A stretch of 64,000 bases of DNA from positions 4,192,001 to 4,256,000 of the forward strand of contig OY759316.1 in NCBI GenBank assembly GCA_963662275.1, written 5' to 3'. Shown here in pieces: positions 1 to 8,644 of this stretch. Each line of letters begins with the position of its first letter. The stretch's first letter is position 1. The notes beneath the pieces are model-generated. The model searched no databases. It was not told the DNA's origin and was given only the letters and a program-made list of their open reading frames with translations. Made by a program: the position numbers and the translations under genes. This DNA is from Candidatus Cloacimonadales bacterium (GTDB lineage: Bacteria > Cloacimonadota > Cloacimonadia > Cloacimonadales > DAONDQ01).

Positions 1-1264
1 CAAAGTTCTGGTTCACAGAAGCTGAACCGAGGTCCACCGTCTGGTTTGCCCAGGTTGTAAACGTAGGTGTCGATGGGGTTCCTGTAGAAGCACCCAATGC
101 GTTTCTTCCTACGACTTTCCAGGTATAAGCCTGGCTATATGACAATTCACCCGGATCCCAGTAAACATAACTGGCTCCGGCATTAGGAACTACGTTCGCA
201 TTCGGGGTACCGGGCATGGTTGTACCAAAGTACACATCATAGGATGTTGCACCGGAAAGTACTGACCATTGCAGGATACCGATATTGCTGACATTGGATG
301 CGCCAGTCGCAGGTACAAAACCTGTGACATTAGTTGTCAGCAATGCACCTGTTGTAAATTTCCAGATCGGCGTATAGGGGGCAGTACCTGATCCATTGTA
401 GGGAACGACCGCCCAATAATAAATTGTCGAAGCAGCGAGGTTTGTGGCGGGAGTATAACTCGTAGCAGTAAAAACATCAGTTCCTAAAGCACCCGCATAG
501 GTTGTTGGAAGCGTTGTACCGGAACCGTCAGTTCCTAAATAAATCTTGTAGCCGGTGGGCGCATTGCCATTACCGGCGTTCCAGGTTATTGTAGGTCTTA
601 AGACAATCCCTGTGGCTGTATGCATAGGATAGGTATATTCAGCCTGTGTGGGAGTGGCTAAGGAAGCTGTAAAAGATGTGAAATTAAGTCTGATATTCGG
701 ACGAGTGGTCGTAGCCGTACCTGTTTCTGTAGTAGGGGCAGTATCATCCTTGCGCAGGTACCAGGCTGAATTTGTTCCTGTTGTAACAGATGCATAATAT
801 TGCGGATACGGGCTGTTGCCACCACCGCCATAATTACTTTCCACCAGGACTTCCAAGTTGTTGGCATTATAATTGAATGCTGTTGGCAAAGTCACGTTTG
901 CCCATGTTTGAAGAGTCAAACTGGCAATTGTACCAGTGTAAACAGCAGTCAAGCCGGTAGTCTTGGTTGCCCAAGTTTCTGCGACTTCTGCCGTCGCTGT
1001 TGTCGTTCTCATATAGACGACCACGGGAACATTGGCAGCTGCCTTCGTAAGGTTTGGCAGGAAGCCTACGGAGCTAATCGAGCCATAGCCTCCAATTTCT
1101 GCTGCCGTATAAATTTGGGCGGAACGATGGTAGCCGTAATAACTGCCCCAACCATCATAGGTTGTGGCTGATCCGCCACCGATTAAAGTAACAGCAGCGA
1201 ACGCCGTTGTTACGCCGAGTATCAGAACAATCAATAAAATCGTTCTCATTAGTAGATTTCTCAT
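1..1264 (-). CDS. Secreted Fn3/Ig-like repeat surface protein, partial (runs off left edge); paralog of 32252..35149
   Basis: Not in ORF track. Manual translation from ATG 1264 (RBS GAGGAG at 1271-1276): MRNLLMRTILLIVLILGVTTAFA signal peptide, then GWGSYYGYHRSAQIYTAAEIG, APTGYKIYLGT, YYWAVVPYN, GATSYDVYFGT, WKVVGRN; frame open to position 2. Confidence 0.85.
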   Translation of the reverse strand, partial: MRNLLMRTILLIVLILGVTTAFAAVTLIGGGSATTYDGWGSYYGYHRSAQIYTAAEIGGYGSISSVGFLPNLTKAAANVPVVVYMRTTTATAEVAETWATKTTGLTAVYTGTIASLTLQTWANVTLPTAFNYNANNLEVLVESNYGGGGNSPYPQYYASVTTGTNSAWYLRKDDTAPTTETGTATTTRPNIRLNFTSFTASLATPTQAEYTYPMHTATGIVLRPTITWNAGNGNAPTGYKIYLGTDGSGTTLPTTYAGALGTDVFTATSYTPATNLAASTIYYWAVVPYNGSGTAPYTPIWKFTTGALLTTNVTGFVPATGASNVSNIGILQWSVLSGATSYDVYFGTTMPGTPNANVVPNAGASYVYWDPGELSYSQAYTWKVVGRNALGASTGTPSTPTFTTWANQTVDLGSASVNQNF

Positions 1265-1674
1265 ATCCATCTCCTCATTTCTTGCTCTCTGGAGAATTGA
1301 TCCGTATTTTCTTCCAGAGATGAAATGTTAGACCTCCCAAACAATTTATACCAGATTGGGAGGCAACCAATTATTACGAAAGTTAACAAAGCAGCTAGAA
1401 CCGAAAATCAAGATAGATTCCGATTTCCTTCATTAAAAAAAGACGTGAACACAAACATCGGCTTGAGCCGCATTCATTTGTGACTTTTCTTACCTATTTT
1501 GTTTCCTTTTATTATGATCGTAGCTATTACACACTATGGAGTTGAAAGGGGACGGCTGATATACCGCCTAAGAAATCTGAAAATCTAAGAAGGAAAAAAC
1601 AAATACATTCCGTAACCTCCTATATCATAAAATTTTACGAATAAATACAGTCCACTCGATAATAATACGACTTT

Positions 1675-1703
1675 ACTTTAATGAATGAGAATTTATTTGT
1701 CAA
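1675..1703 (-). promoter_or_regulatory. Sigma70-type promoter for the left-edge surface protein gene
   Basis: Minus strand TTGACA-17 nt-TAAAGT; implies a leader of about 400 nt. Confidence 0.6.
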
Positions 1704-1899
1704 TGACTTTTTTTACTTCTTAAACTTGTTGGTTGTGTTTTGTATTTATTTCTTATTCTTCTTTCCATTGACATCCTCATATAATAGAATAAGTTATATT
1801 GATATTTAGTTGCTTTTAAAGTCAAAGATATTTGTTCATATCTATTTTTACTTCATATCTTTACAACTATTTTTAAAATACTTTGTTTCTCCCCTGTGA

Positions 1900-1978
1900 C
1901 GCCACCTATCCTTCCTTTGGGGCGCCACCTATCCTTCCTTTGGGTCGCCACCTATCCTTCCTTTGGGGCGCCACCTAT
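1900..1978. repeat. 23-bp tandem repeat CGCCACCTATCCTTCCTTTGGGG, about 3.4 copies
   Basis: Units start at 1900, 1923, 1946 and 1969. Confidence 0.9.
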
Positions 1979-2112
1979 ACTGGTGGTGCTATGTGGGCTA
2001 TCCTGCCCACGTATGCATGAGAAAACTCCAATATAATACGTCCTCTCAAAGAGCACGTAGCACCATCTGAAAAGATGGCGCTCCAAAACGATGACGGGGC
2101 AGTTCCCCTAAG

Positions 2113-2240
2113 AGCATTACGGTAGCAATACGGTAGCATTACGGTAAAAAACCGTATTTCTACCGTAATGATATAGTAATCGTACCTTGTTTCACGAAAC
2201 AGGAATGAACCAGGATTAAAATTGGTATGTAAATTTGAAT
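2113..2240. repeat. Two adjacent palindromes with 11-bp periodic arms
   Basis: (AGCAWTACGGT)x3, AAAAA, ACCGTATTTCT, ACCGTAATGAT; then TGTTTCACGAAACAGGAAT, GAACCAGGATT. Confidence 0.8.
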
Positions 2241-2463
2241 TTAGTCGTATTTGTTCGTTTTGTTGTATGAATCTCATTAATGTAGTAGTATTGAAGAGTA
2301 TGCTCTTTATACCTATTCCACTTCGATTGTATTATCTTGTTTATTAAATTCATTGACCAAAACATATCCCTCTCGGTGTTTTTGATTTAGGTTATCAAAC
2401 TTTTAATAAAGATAGAGAAAATGTTGCAGACAATGCGACGTTCCTGTTACAAAGGAGAATTTT

Positions 2464-3489
2464 ATGAACTACACAGATTTCGCAGTCGAACAAATCGCAA
2501 ACTTATGCCGTATCCCCAGTCCTTCAGGATTTACGGAAAAGATCCGCAATTATCTTATTATGGAAATCCGCAGCCTGGGATTTGAACCCATAATTACAGT
2601 AAAAGGGACAGTCCTTGTCGAACTTGGAGGCGTCGGGAGTCCACTTGTATTGGCAGCCCATGTGGATACTCTGGGTGCCATGGTCAGGGCAATTAAATCC
2701 GATGGTCGGATACGATTTACAAAAATCGGCGGTTACCCGGAAAATAACATCGAAAACGAAAATGTCACAATTCATACCCGAACCGGAAAAACCTATACGG
2801 GTACAGTTTATTTAAATGGACCTGCTGTGCATGTGTATAAGGATACCGGCAGTTCTCCCCGGGATGACAGTCATATGGAAATCGTCCTGGATGAAATCGT
2901 AAAATCAAAGGAAGATACTCAAAAACTGGAAATCGCCACTGGTGATTTTATTACACTTGATTCCCGCACTATTGTCACAGAAAGTGGATTTATCAAAAGC
3001 CGGCACCTGGACGATAAAGCAAGTGCAGGCGTTTTATTGAGCTTGGCAAAAATGGTGAAAGATGGAGAATTAAAGCTTTCCCGTAAAACAACAATCCTCT
3101 TCACCAACAATGAAGAAGTGGGACATGGTGCATCTGCCGGTATTCCCCATGATACGGAGGAGATGATTTCGGTGGATATGGGATGTGTTGGTGATGACTT
3201 AGAAGCTGATGAATACAAGGTTTCTATCTGTGCTAAAGATTCCGGAGGACCCTATCATTATGACGTAACCTCAGCTCTCATCGCAACAGCAAAGAAACTG
3301 GAACTGGATTATGCTGTGGATATTTATCCAATGTATGGCTCGGATGTGGAAGCTGCTTTATCAGCCGGTTATGATATCAGGCATGGTCTTATTGGACCGG
3401 GAGTTTTCGCCTCCCATGGCTATGAAAGGACACATAGGCTGGGGGTGGAGAATACGCTGAAACTGCTGGTGGGATACTTGCAGGATTGA
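2464..3489 (+). CDS. M42 family metallo-aminopeptidase
   Basis: AHVDTLG, RHLDDK, NEEVG, VDMG, SHGYER metal-ligand motifs; RBS AGGAG. Confidence 0.9.
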   Translation: MNYTDFAVEQIANLCRIPSPSGFTEKIRNYLIMEIRSLGFEPIITVKGTVLVELGGVGSPLVLAAHVDTLGAMVRAIKSDGRIRFTKIGGYPENNIENENVTIHTRTGKTYTGTVYLNGPAVHVYKDTGSSPRDDSHMEIVLDEIVKSKEDTQKLEIATGDFITLDSRTIVTESGFIKSRHLDDKASAGVLLSLAKMVKDGELKLSRKTTILFTNNEEVGHGASAGIPHDTEEMISVDMGCVGDDLEADEYKVSICAKDSGGPYHYDVTSALIATAKKLELDYAVDIYPMYGSDVEAALSAGYDIRHGLIGPGVFASHGYERTHRLGVENTLKLLVGYLQD

Positions 3490-4230
3490 AGATTTAAGAT
3501 TTAAGATTGAAGATTAGGTGAGCAGACTGGAAGTCATTTGACCCCGCATGGTGATATCACTTGAAAATATTGTAGATTGATAGGCACTCGGTTCATTGAT
3601 TGTATCAATCTGATTTCTCTATTTGGGATTTCGTTGTAATAAGTATGGAAGATAATATTTTTTGTACTTCATCACAATCTCTATAAATTGATAAATACTG
3701 AGTTTCCTCAAGATAATTAGCATCTCGAATTAGCTTGAGCCAATAAGCAGTTTCTCGCGCTTCTTTATAGGCAATGCTGATTTTGGAAATAAAATCTTTT
3801 TTGGATTGAGCTCCATTTGCTTCTTCAATATTTGCCCCAATAGAAGTACCAGATCGAAGTAACTGCTTCGCAAGAACCCACTCTTGTTTTTCCTCAACCA
3901 GATACTTATATAACTTAACAATTCGTAGTGCAAAGGCATAAGTCTTTTGAGCTGTGATGTTTATTTTTTGCATTTTTACCCCCCCATTTCTATTTAAGAT
4001 TTAAGATTTAAGATTTAAGATTTAAGATGGAATATCCGTAATTGTATCATGCCTGTCAATATTTATTATTTAAATTACGTGTTTAGTGTTTTATTTGTTT
4101 CACCGTATCTGCCTCTATTTGCTCTAACTCCGTTCTTCTTCTGCCAATCTTAAATCCTAAATCTTAAATCTCCAGTCTGCTCTTCATCTGCCAATCTTAA
4201 ATCTTAAATCTTAAATCTTAAATCTTAAAT
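3484..4230. mobile_element. Putative cassette: four-helix-bundle gene bounded by inverted heptamer arrays and a 12-bp inverted repeat
   Basis: (GATTTAA)n at 3484-3518 and 3992-4028; (TTAAATC)n at 4146-4170 and 4193-4230; GAGCAGACTGGA 3520-3531 versus TCCAGTCTGCTC 4171-4182. Confidence 0.55.
3605..3973 (-). CDS. Four helix bundle protein (23S rRNA-IVP / Avd-like fold)
   Basis: QLLRSGTSIGANIEEA, SKKDFISKISIAYKEARETAYWL. Confidence 0.92.
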   Translation of the reverse strand: MQKINITAQKTYAFALRIVKLYKYLVEEKQEWVLAKQLLRSGTSIGANIEEANGAQSKKDFISKISIAYKEARETAYWLKLIRDANYLEETQYLSIYRDCDEVQKILSSILITTKSQIEKSD

Positions 4231-4371
4231 TCTGAAAGTCTTGACAAATCAAGTGATTGCTATTTTTTGCAATTTGTCGGATTCTCCAATTCTTGGATGA
4301 TCCTGTTAAAGTATAATTATGGGATGTAAAAAAATAGCATCTCAACCGATGAAATCACAGAAGGGGCAAAT

Positions 4372-5709
4372 ATGGACCAGGATATTTGGCAGAATATACT
4401 CGATAAACTGGAAGAGCATATCAATCCACAGAGTTTCCGGACTTGGTTCAATGACACACGCCTGATCGATCTCATGGATAATGAGTTGAAGATCCGCGTT
4501 CCTACCCAGTTTGCTGCGAATTATTTAAATCAGAATTACACGGATATGCTTTCCGATATTTCCTATGGACTTTATAAGAAAAAATATAAGATTCGCTTTT
4601 CCTCACAAGTACATAAGAATACACGTTACAATGGTATCGGTGGAGAAGATAAAAATCCTTCCAATAACAAGATTATCCATTCAAAATTGAATGAGAGATA
4701 TACTTTTGAACAGTTCGTTGTTGGTAAGAACAACAATTTTGCCTATTCAGCAGCGCTGGGGGTTGCCGAATCTCCGGGAAATACTTATAACCCATTGTTT
4801 ATCTATGGTGAATCGGGAATGGGAAAAACGCACTTGATGCAGGCAATCGGTAATTTTCTCCTTACCGAAGGACGGAATACGACTATCTATTATACAACCT
4901 CAGAGGAATTTACGAATGAGATGATCGAATCCATCCGTTCGAACAGGATGTCGGAATTTCGCAGTAAATTTAGATCAGTCGATCTTTTATTAGTAGATGA
5001 TATCCATTTTCTTTCCAAAAAAGAAGGAACACAGGAAGAGTTTTTCCATACATTCAATGCCTTATCTGAACATAAAAAACAAATCATCCTGACCTCAGAC
5101 AGATCACCCAAGGATATTCCTGACTTGGAAAAAAGATTAGTCACCAGATTTGAAAGCGGATTATTGGCTGACTTGAAGAATCCGGATTTCGAGACACGTG
5201 TGGCAATTCTCAAGAAGAAAGCAGAACCGGAAAACTTATACTTGGATAATTCCGTAATCGAATTTATTGCTGAGCATATCACAAGCAGCGTCCGTGCACT
5301 TGAAGGTTCGTTGATCCGCATTCTTGCTTATGCTTCTTATAATAAGATTAACCCGGAGGAAATAGACGCTAACCTGGCACGTGAAGTACTGTCTGACATG
5401 ATCTCAGATAAGATCAGGGAAATAACGCTTGATAACATCATCCAGAAGGTATGTAATGCCTATGGTATTTCCATTGCACAAATGTTGGATAAGACACGTA
5501 AACAGAATATTGCTTTTCCGCGCCAGGTCTCAATGTACCTGGCAAACCTGTTGATTCCGCAGTTATCTCTCAAAGAGATAGCAGAATATTTCAAACGTAA
5601 AGACCATACTACAGTTCTTCATGCCAAAAAGCTGATTGAAAACCTCTTTCGAAATGACCAGGAATTACGTATTCAAATTGAAAAACTAATTAAAGAAATC
5701 AAAGGATAA
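4372..5709 (+). CDS. dnaA: Chromosomal replication initiator DnaA
   Basis: YNPLFIYGESGMGKTHL, LLLVDDIHF, TQEEFFHTFN, DHTTVLHA. Confidence 0.99.
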   Translation: MDQDIWQNILDKLEEHINPQSFRTWFNDTRLIDLMDNELKIRVPTQFAANYLNQNYTDMLSDISYGLYKKKYKIRFSSQVHKNTRYNGIGGEDKNPSNNKIIHSKLNERYTFEQFVVGKNNNFAYSAALGVAESPGNTYNPLFIYGESGMGKTHLMQAIGNFLLTEGRNTTIYYTTSEEFTNEMIESIRSNRMSEFRSKFRSVDLLLVDDIHFLSKKEGTQEEFFHTFNALSEHKKQIILTSDRSPKDIPDLEKRLVTRFESGLLADLKNPDFETRVAILKKKAEPENLYLDNSVIEFIAEHITSSVRALEGSLIRILAYASYNKINPEEIDANLAREVLSDMISDKIREITLDNIIQKVCNAYGISIAQMLDKTRKQNIAFPRQVSMYLANLLIPQLSLKEIAEYFKRKDHTTVLHAKKLIENLFRNDQELRIQIEKLIKEIKG

Positions 5710-5739
5710 CATGACCGTAATAAGCAGCAATAACCTTAA

Positions 5740-5970
5740 TAGAAGATACTTATACACAACATGTGCAATAATCATGTGTATAGCTGTTAATAACCATGAA
5801 CAATGGAACATCAGCAGAAAAAGTGTGCATAAGTTCATTCAGAACGCTCAGTTATCCACAAGTTATACACATGCCTTTATCAACTCTATCCTCATACTAA
5901 ATGGATGTTTAAAATGAATTTTTATAGTGGTTCCACATATACACAACCCCTACAACGACTACAAATTTAT
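5740..5970. other. Probable oriC: DnaA-box cluster with DnaA-trio-like tract
   Basis: TTATACACA 5750 and 5863, TTATCCACA 5852, TGTGCATAA 5824, TGTGTATAG 5775, ATATACACA 5937 followed by ACCCC and TACAACGACTAC. Confidence 0.8.
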
Positions 5971-5996
5971 GTATGAATGAAAAAGGAATAAGAAGA

Positions 5997-7223
5997 ATGA
6001 ATATAGGAAAATCTCTCTCTCTGTTGTTACTGGTAACTCTTTTCTTTCTTGGCTGCACAACGAAAAAAAATCCTATCGGGACGGACTGGTCACATACAAG
6101 ACCTGCAGCAATAACGGATTCTTTAATAACAAATCAATTCAGCTATTTCACAGCAGCAAAAATAACTGGCGAAGAACAAAGACTGATTGTGGGAAAAAAC
6201 GAACAGAAAGAAGCTAAGGCACTCATACAGTTTACATCAATGCCTGAGAATATTTATCAAATCATAGGAACACCCTCCTTAAAACTTGTCGTGAATAGAA
6301 GTTTTACTTCCTTGCCTCTAACCTTGCATTTCGATAAAATTGTCCAGAACTGGTCTGAAAGCCAGGCTACCTGGACAAATGCGTATACAGATACAACCTG
6401 GCAGGCGACCTATATCAATACATCAGGGATATCTGATGTCCACGATATTCCGGATACCACAGAAGCCAGGGTAGATACACTAAACATAGAAATTCCAACT
6501 AATTCAATTCAAAACTGGAAGATTCCAACCATTAACGGATACTCATTACAGATTTCCACAGAAGATTCTAAATTTTTAGAAATACGTTCTTCCGAAACTC
6601 TGTATGCTCCGCAATTGGTTTTTAAATACAAGGCAACAGAATCAGACACAGTAACATATACTTATTCACGATATGCATCTTATGACACTTTTATACTTCA
6701 AGACCATGATACCCAAGTGACTTCAAATGATCTAATCCTACGTAGTATTTCACCCACAAGAATATTCATGAAATTCGATACTCCCAGGACATTATTCAAA
6801 TATAACGAAACAGACACAACTTCCTTGTCATCAATCGATTTTAAGCATATGACGATCAATAAAGCTGAACTTGTCCTGAAAGTGAAAGATAATCCCTATT
6901 TCGGTACTGATGCAACCTTCATGGCAACATTGTATCGGGTCAGAATTCCTGTCACAGAAGAAACTGTCCTGACCGATGATGATATGGAATTCATTTACTA
7001 TACACCGATTACGACAACTTCTCCAGGATTGGGATTTGTGAGTATGAATTTTACACCTTTGTTCCAAGCCTTTACTTCCGCTGAAAAACCAAACTATGGT
7101 GTCATTATCCGCTTATTAACGGAAAGTCAGGATTATGCAAAGGTTGAATTCTATGGGATAGCTGACCCTGATATTTCTAAAAGACCGAAGATCAACATTA
7201 TCTATACACCACCGGTGTTTTAG
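5997..7223 (+). CDS. Lipoprotein of unknown function (DUF4270/DNRLRE-like beta domains)
   Basis: Lipobox FLGC; WSESQATW, INKAELVL, NYGVII and PKINIIYT motifs; alternative start 5973. Confidence 0.6.
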   Translation: MNIGKSLSLLLLVTLFFLGCTTKKNPIGTDWSHTRPAAITDSLITNQFSYFTAAKITGEEQRLIVGKNEQKEAKALIQFTSMPENIYQIIGTPSLKLVVNRSFTSLPLTLHFDKIVQNWSESQATWTNAYTDTTWQATYINTSGISDVHDIPDTTEARVDTLNIEIPTNSIQNWKIPTINGYSLQISTEDSKFLEIRSSETLYAPQLVFKYKATESDTVTYTYSRYASYDTFILQDHDTQVTSNDLILRSISPTRIFMKFDTPRTLFKYNETDTTSLSSIDFKHMTINKAELVLKVKDNPYFGTDATFMATLYRVRIPVTEETVLTDDDMEFIYYTPITTTSPGLGFVSMNFTPLFQAFTSAEKPNYGVIIRLLTESQDYAKVEFYGIADPDISKRPKINIIYTPPVF

Positions 7224-7257
7224 AAGTGCGAAGTACGAAGTTCGAAGTGCGAAGTTG
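7223..7257 (+). repeat. Heptamer tandem repeat (GAAGTNC) x5 beginning at the stop codon
   Basis: gaagtgc gaagtac gaagttc gaagtgc gaagttg. Confidence 0.85.
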
Positions 7258-7276
7258 AAGAGAAGAGATAAGATTT

Positions 7277-7460
7277 TGGAGTTTTCATGAATGCTAAGAG
7301 CCGGTTCATTGAGTGATTTCGACGAAGGAGAAATTGTATCGAAATGACCCAAGGTAACCTTATAAGGTTGTGCAATGTCGTCTCCTCGATAAAAATAGAT
7401 AAATCTGTTCTCTCGGAGAACTCAGTTTCATCCTCGATATCGAAAACTTGTTTTCAGAGA
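7277..7460 (+). repeat. Dispersed modular repeat (MITE-like), copy A
   Basis: Closely similar reverse complement of 53177-53375. Confidence 0.85.
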
Positions 7461-7503
7461 AATTCAAACATGATTCGTGTTTAAAGTTAGATTATTTGGA
7501 GAT

Positions 7504-8304
7504 ATGATGTCTAAGCTGCTGCTCCTTTTACTTGTGACAGTCATCCTTTTTGGATGCCAACATGCTGGAAAAGCCAGCATAGTTGCACAAGTGAATAACG
7601 AAACGTTATCTATGAGCGATTTTCAGTCGATGTTCAGCAAAACTGAATGGGATGAAATGAATATCGGGCAGAAAAGGGAATTCATTCATCAATGGATAGA
7701 TTTGACTTTATTAGCTCAAACAGCAAAAGAGATGAAACTGGAAAATAGCAACCAGGTACAGGAAAAGATAAAACTTGCCGAGAAAAAAGTACTTACAAAT
7801 GCAGTTATCGCGGAAAAGCTGAAATCCATCCAAGTTTCTGAAGAAGAGTTATTTAATTATTATCGGATTCATATGGGTGAATTCAACCAAGCTGGAAAGA
7901 TACTAAAAGTGCAGCGGATCTATTTACAGGACAGAACGAAAGTAGATGAAGTCATGGTTGAATTGAGAAAAGGGATGAATTTTGCCGATGCTGCGAAAGC
8001 TTATTCACAGGAAAGTTTGGGACAGAACGGAGGTTACGCAGGAATGGTCACAGTCAGTGATTCTGTAAAAACCTTCTGGAATGCCCTGCAGAACCTGAAG
8101 GTCTATGAGATCGCTATAATACCCGTTAATGAAGGTTATTATTTAGCACGGTCTTATGAAGAAACATTAGGAACAGGAACTCCTACCTTTGATACACTTC
8201 GCGAAGAAATCAGACAAAGGGTTTTAAAGGAAAAAAGACAGCAGATCTATGATGACCTGCTGCGTAATTTGAAAAGTAAAGCAGATATAACGATCAGTAT
8301 CTAG
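7504..8304 (+). CDS. PpiC/parvulin-type peptidyl-prolyl isomerase lipoprotein (PrsA/SurA-like)
   Basis: Lipobox LFGC, IVAQVN, FADAAKAYSQ..NGGYAG. Confidence 0.75.
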   Translation: MMSKLLLLLLVTVILFGCQHAGKASIVAQVNNETLSMSDFQSMFSKTEWDEMNIGQKREFIHQWIDLTLLAQTAKEMKLENSNQVQEKIKLAEKKVLTNAVIAEKLKSIQVSEEELFNYYRIHMGEFNQAGKILKVQRIYLQDRTKVDEVMVELRKGMNFADAAKAYSQESLGQNGGYAGMVTVSDSVKTFWNALQNLKVYEIAIIPVNEGYYLARSYEETLGTGTPTFDTLREEIRQRVLKEKRQQIYDDLLRNLKSKADITISI

Positions 8305-8407
8305 AAAAATGTATTGGTGTGCGGAATTAAAACATGTTCTTAATCCTGTCTGATTTCCCTCCCTTTGGATAAAGGGAGGGATTAAGGGAGAGTTTGATTC
8401 TGCGACT

Positions 8408-8606
8408 GTGGATATTTACATGAAAGCTAAGAGTTTGGAGTTCAAATGCCCTAAACAAATTATCATTGAATACTTGACTAAAAGGGTATTCGGACTTCAA
8501 ACCCGACCTTTTATCGTCGATAGCGAAAACCTGTTTTCAGGGAAGTACAAACCTGATTTGCTTGAAGTTGAATATAACTGTCGATTTTGAACTCCAAACT
8601 CTTAGC
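8408..8606 (+). repeat. Modular repeat copy B with internal 21-bp inverted repeat
   Basis: TTTACATGAAAGCTAAGAG start, TCGATAGCGAAAACCTGTTTTCAGGG motif; GCTAAGAGTTTGGAGTTCAAA 8426-8446 versus 8586-8606. Confidence 0.7.
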
Positions 8607-8644
8607 CAGTTAGTCTTGAAATAAGATTTTAAGAAGGAATAAAG

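Noticed and set aside
658..1171. Short ORFs 658..867 and 800..1171
   Set aside because: Shadow frames of the real minus-strand gene 1..1264
1900..1978. Possible mini-CRISPR
   Set aside because: Contiguous 23-bp tandem units without spacers
3605..3973. DGR avd gene
   Set aside because: No adjacent TR or RT; the motif matches the generic four-helix-bundle family
5711..5917. 68-aa ORF after dnaA
   Set aside because: Overlaps the DnaA-box cluster and has no recognisable protein features
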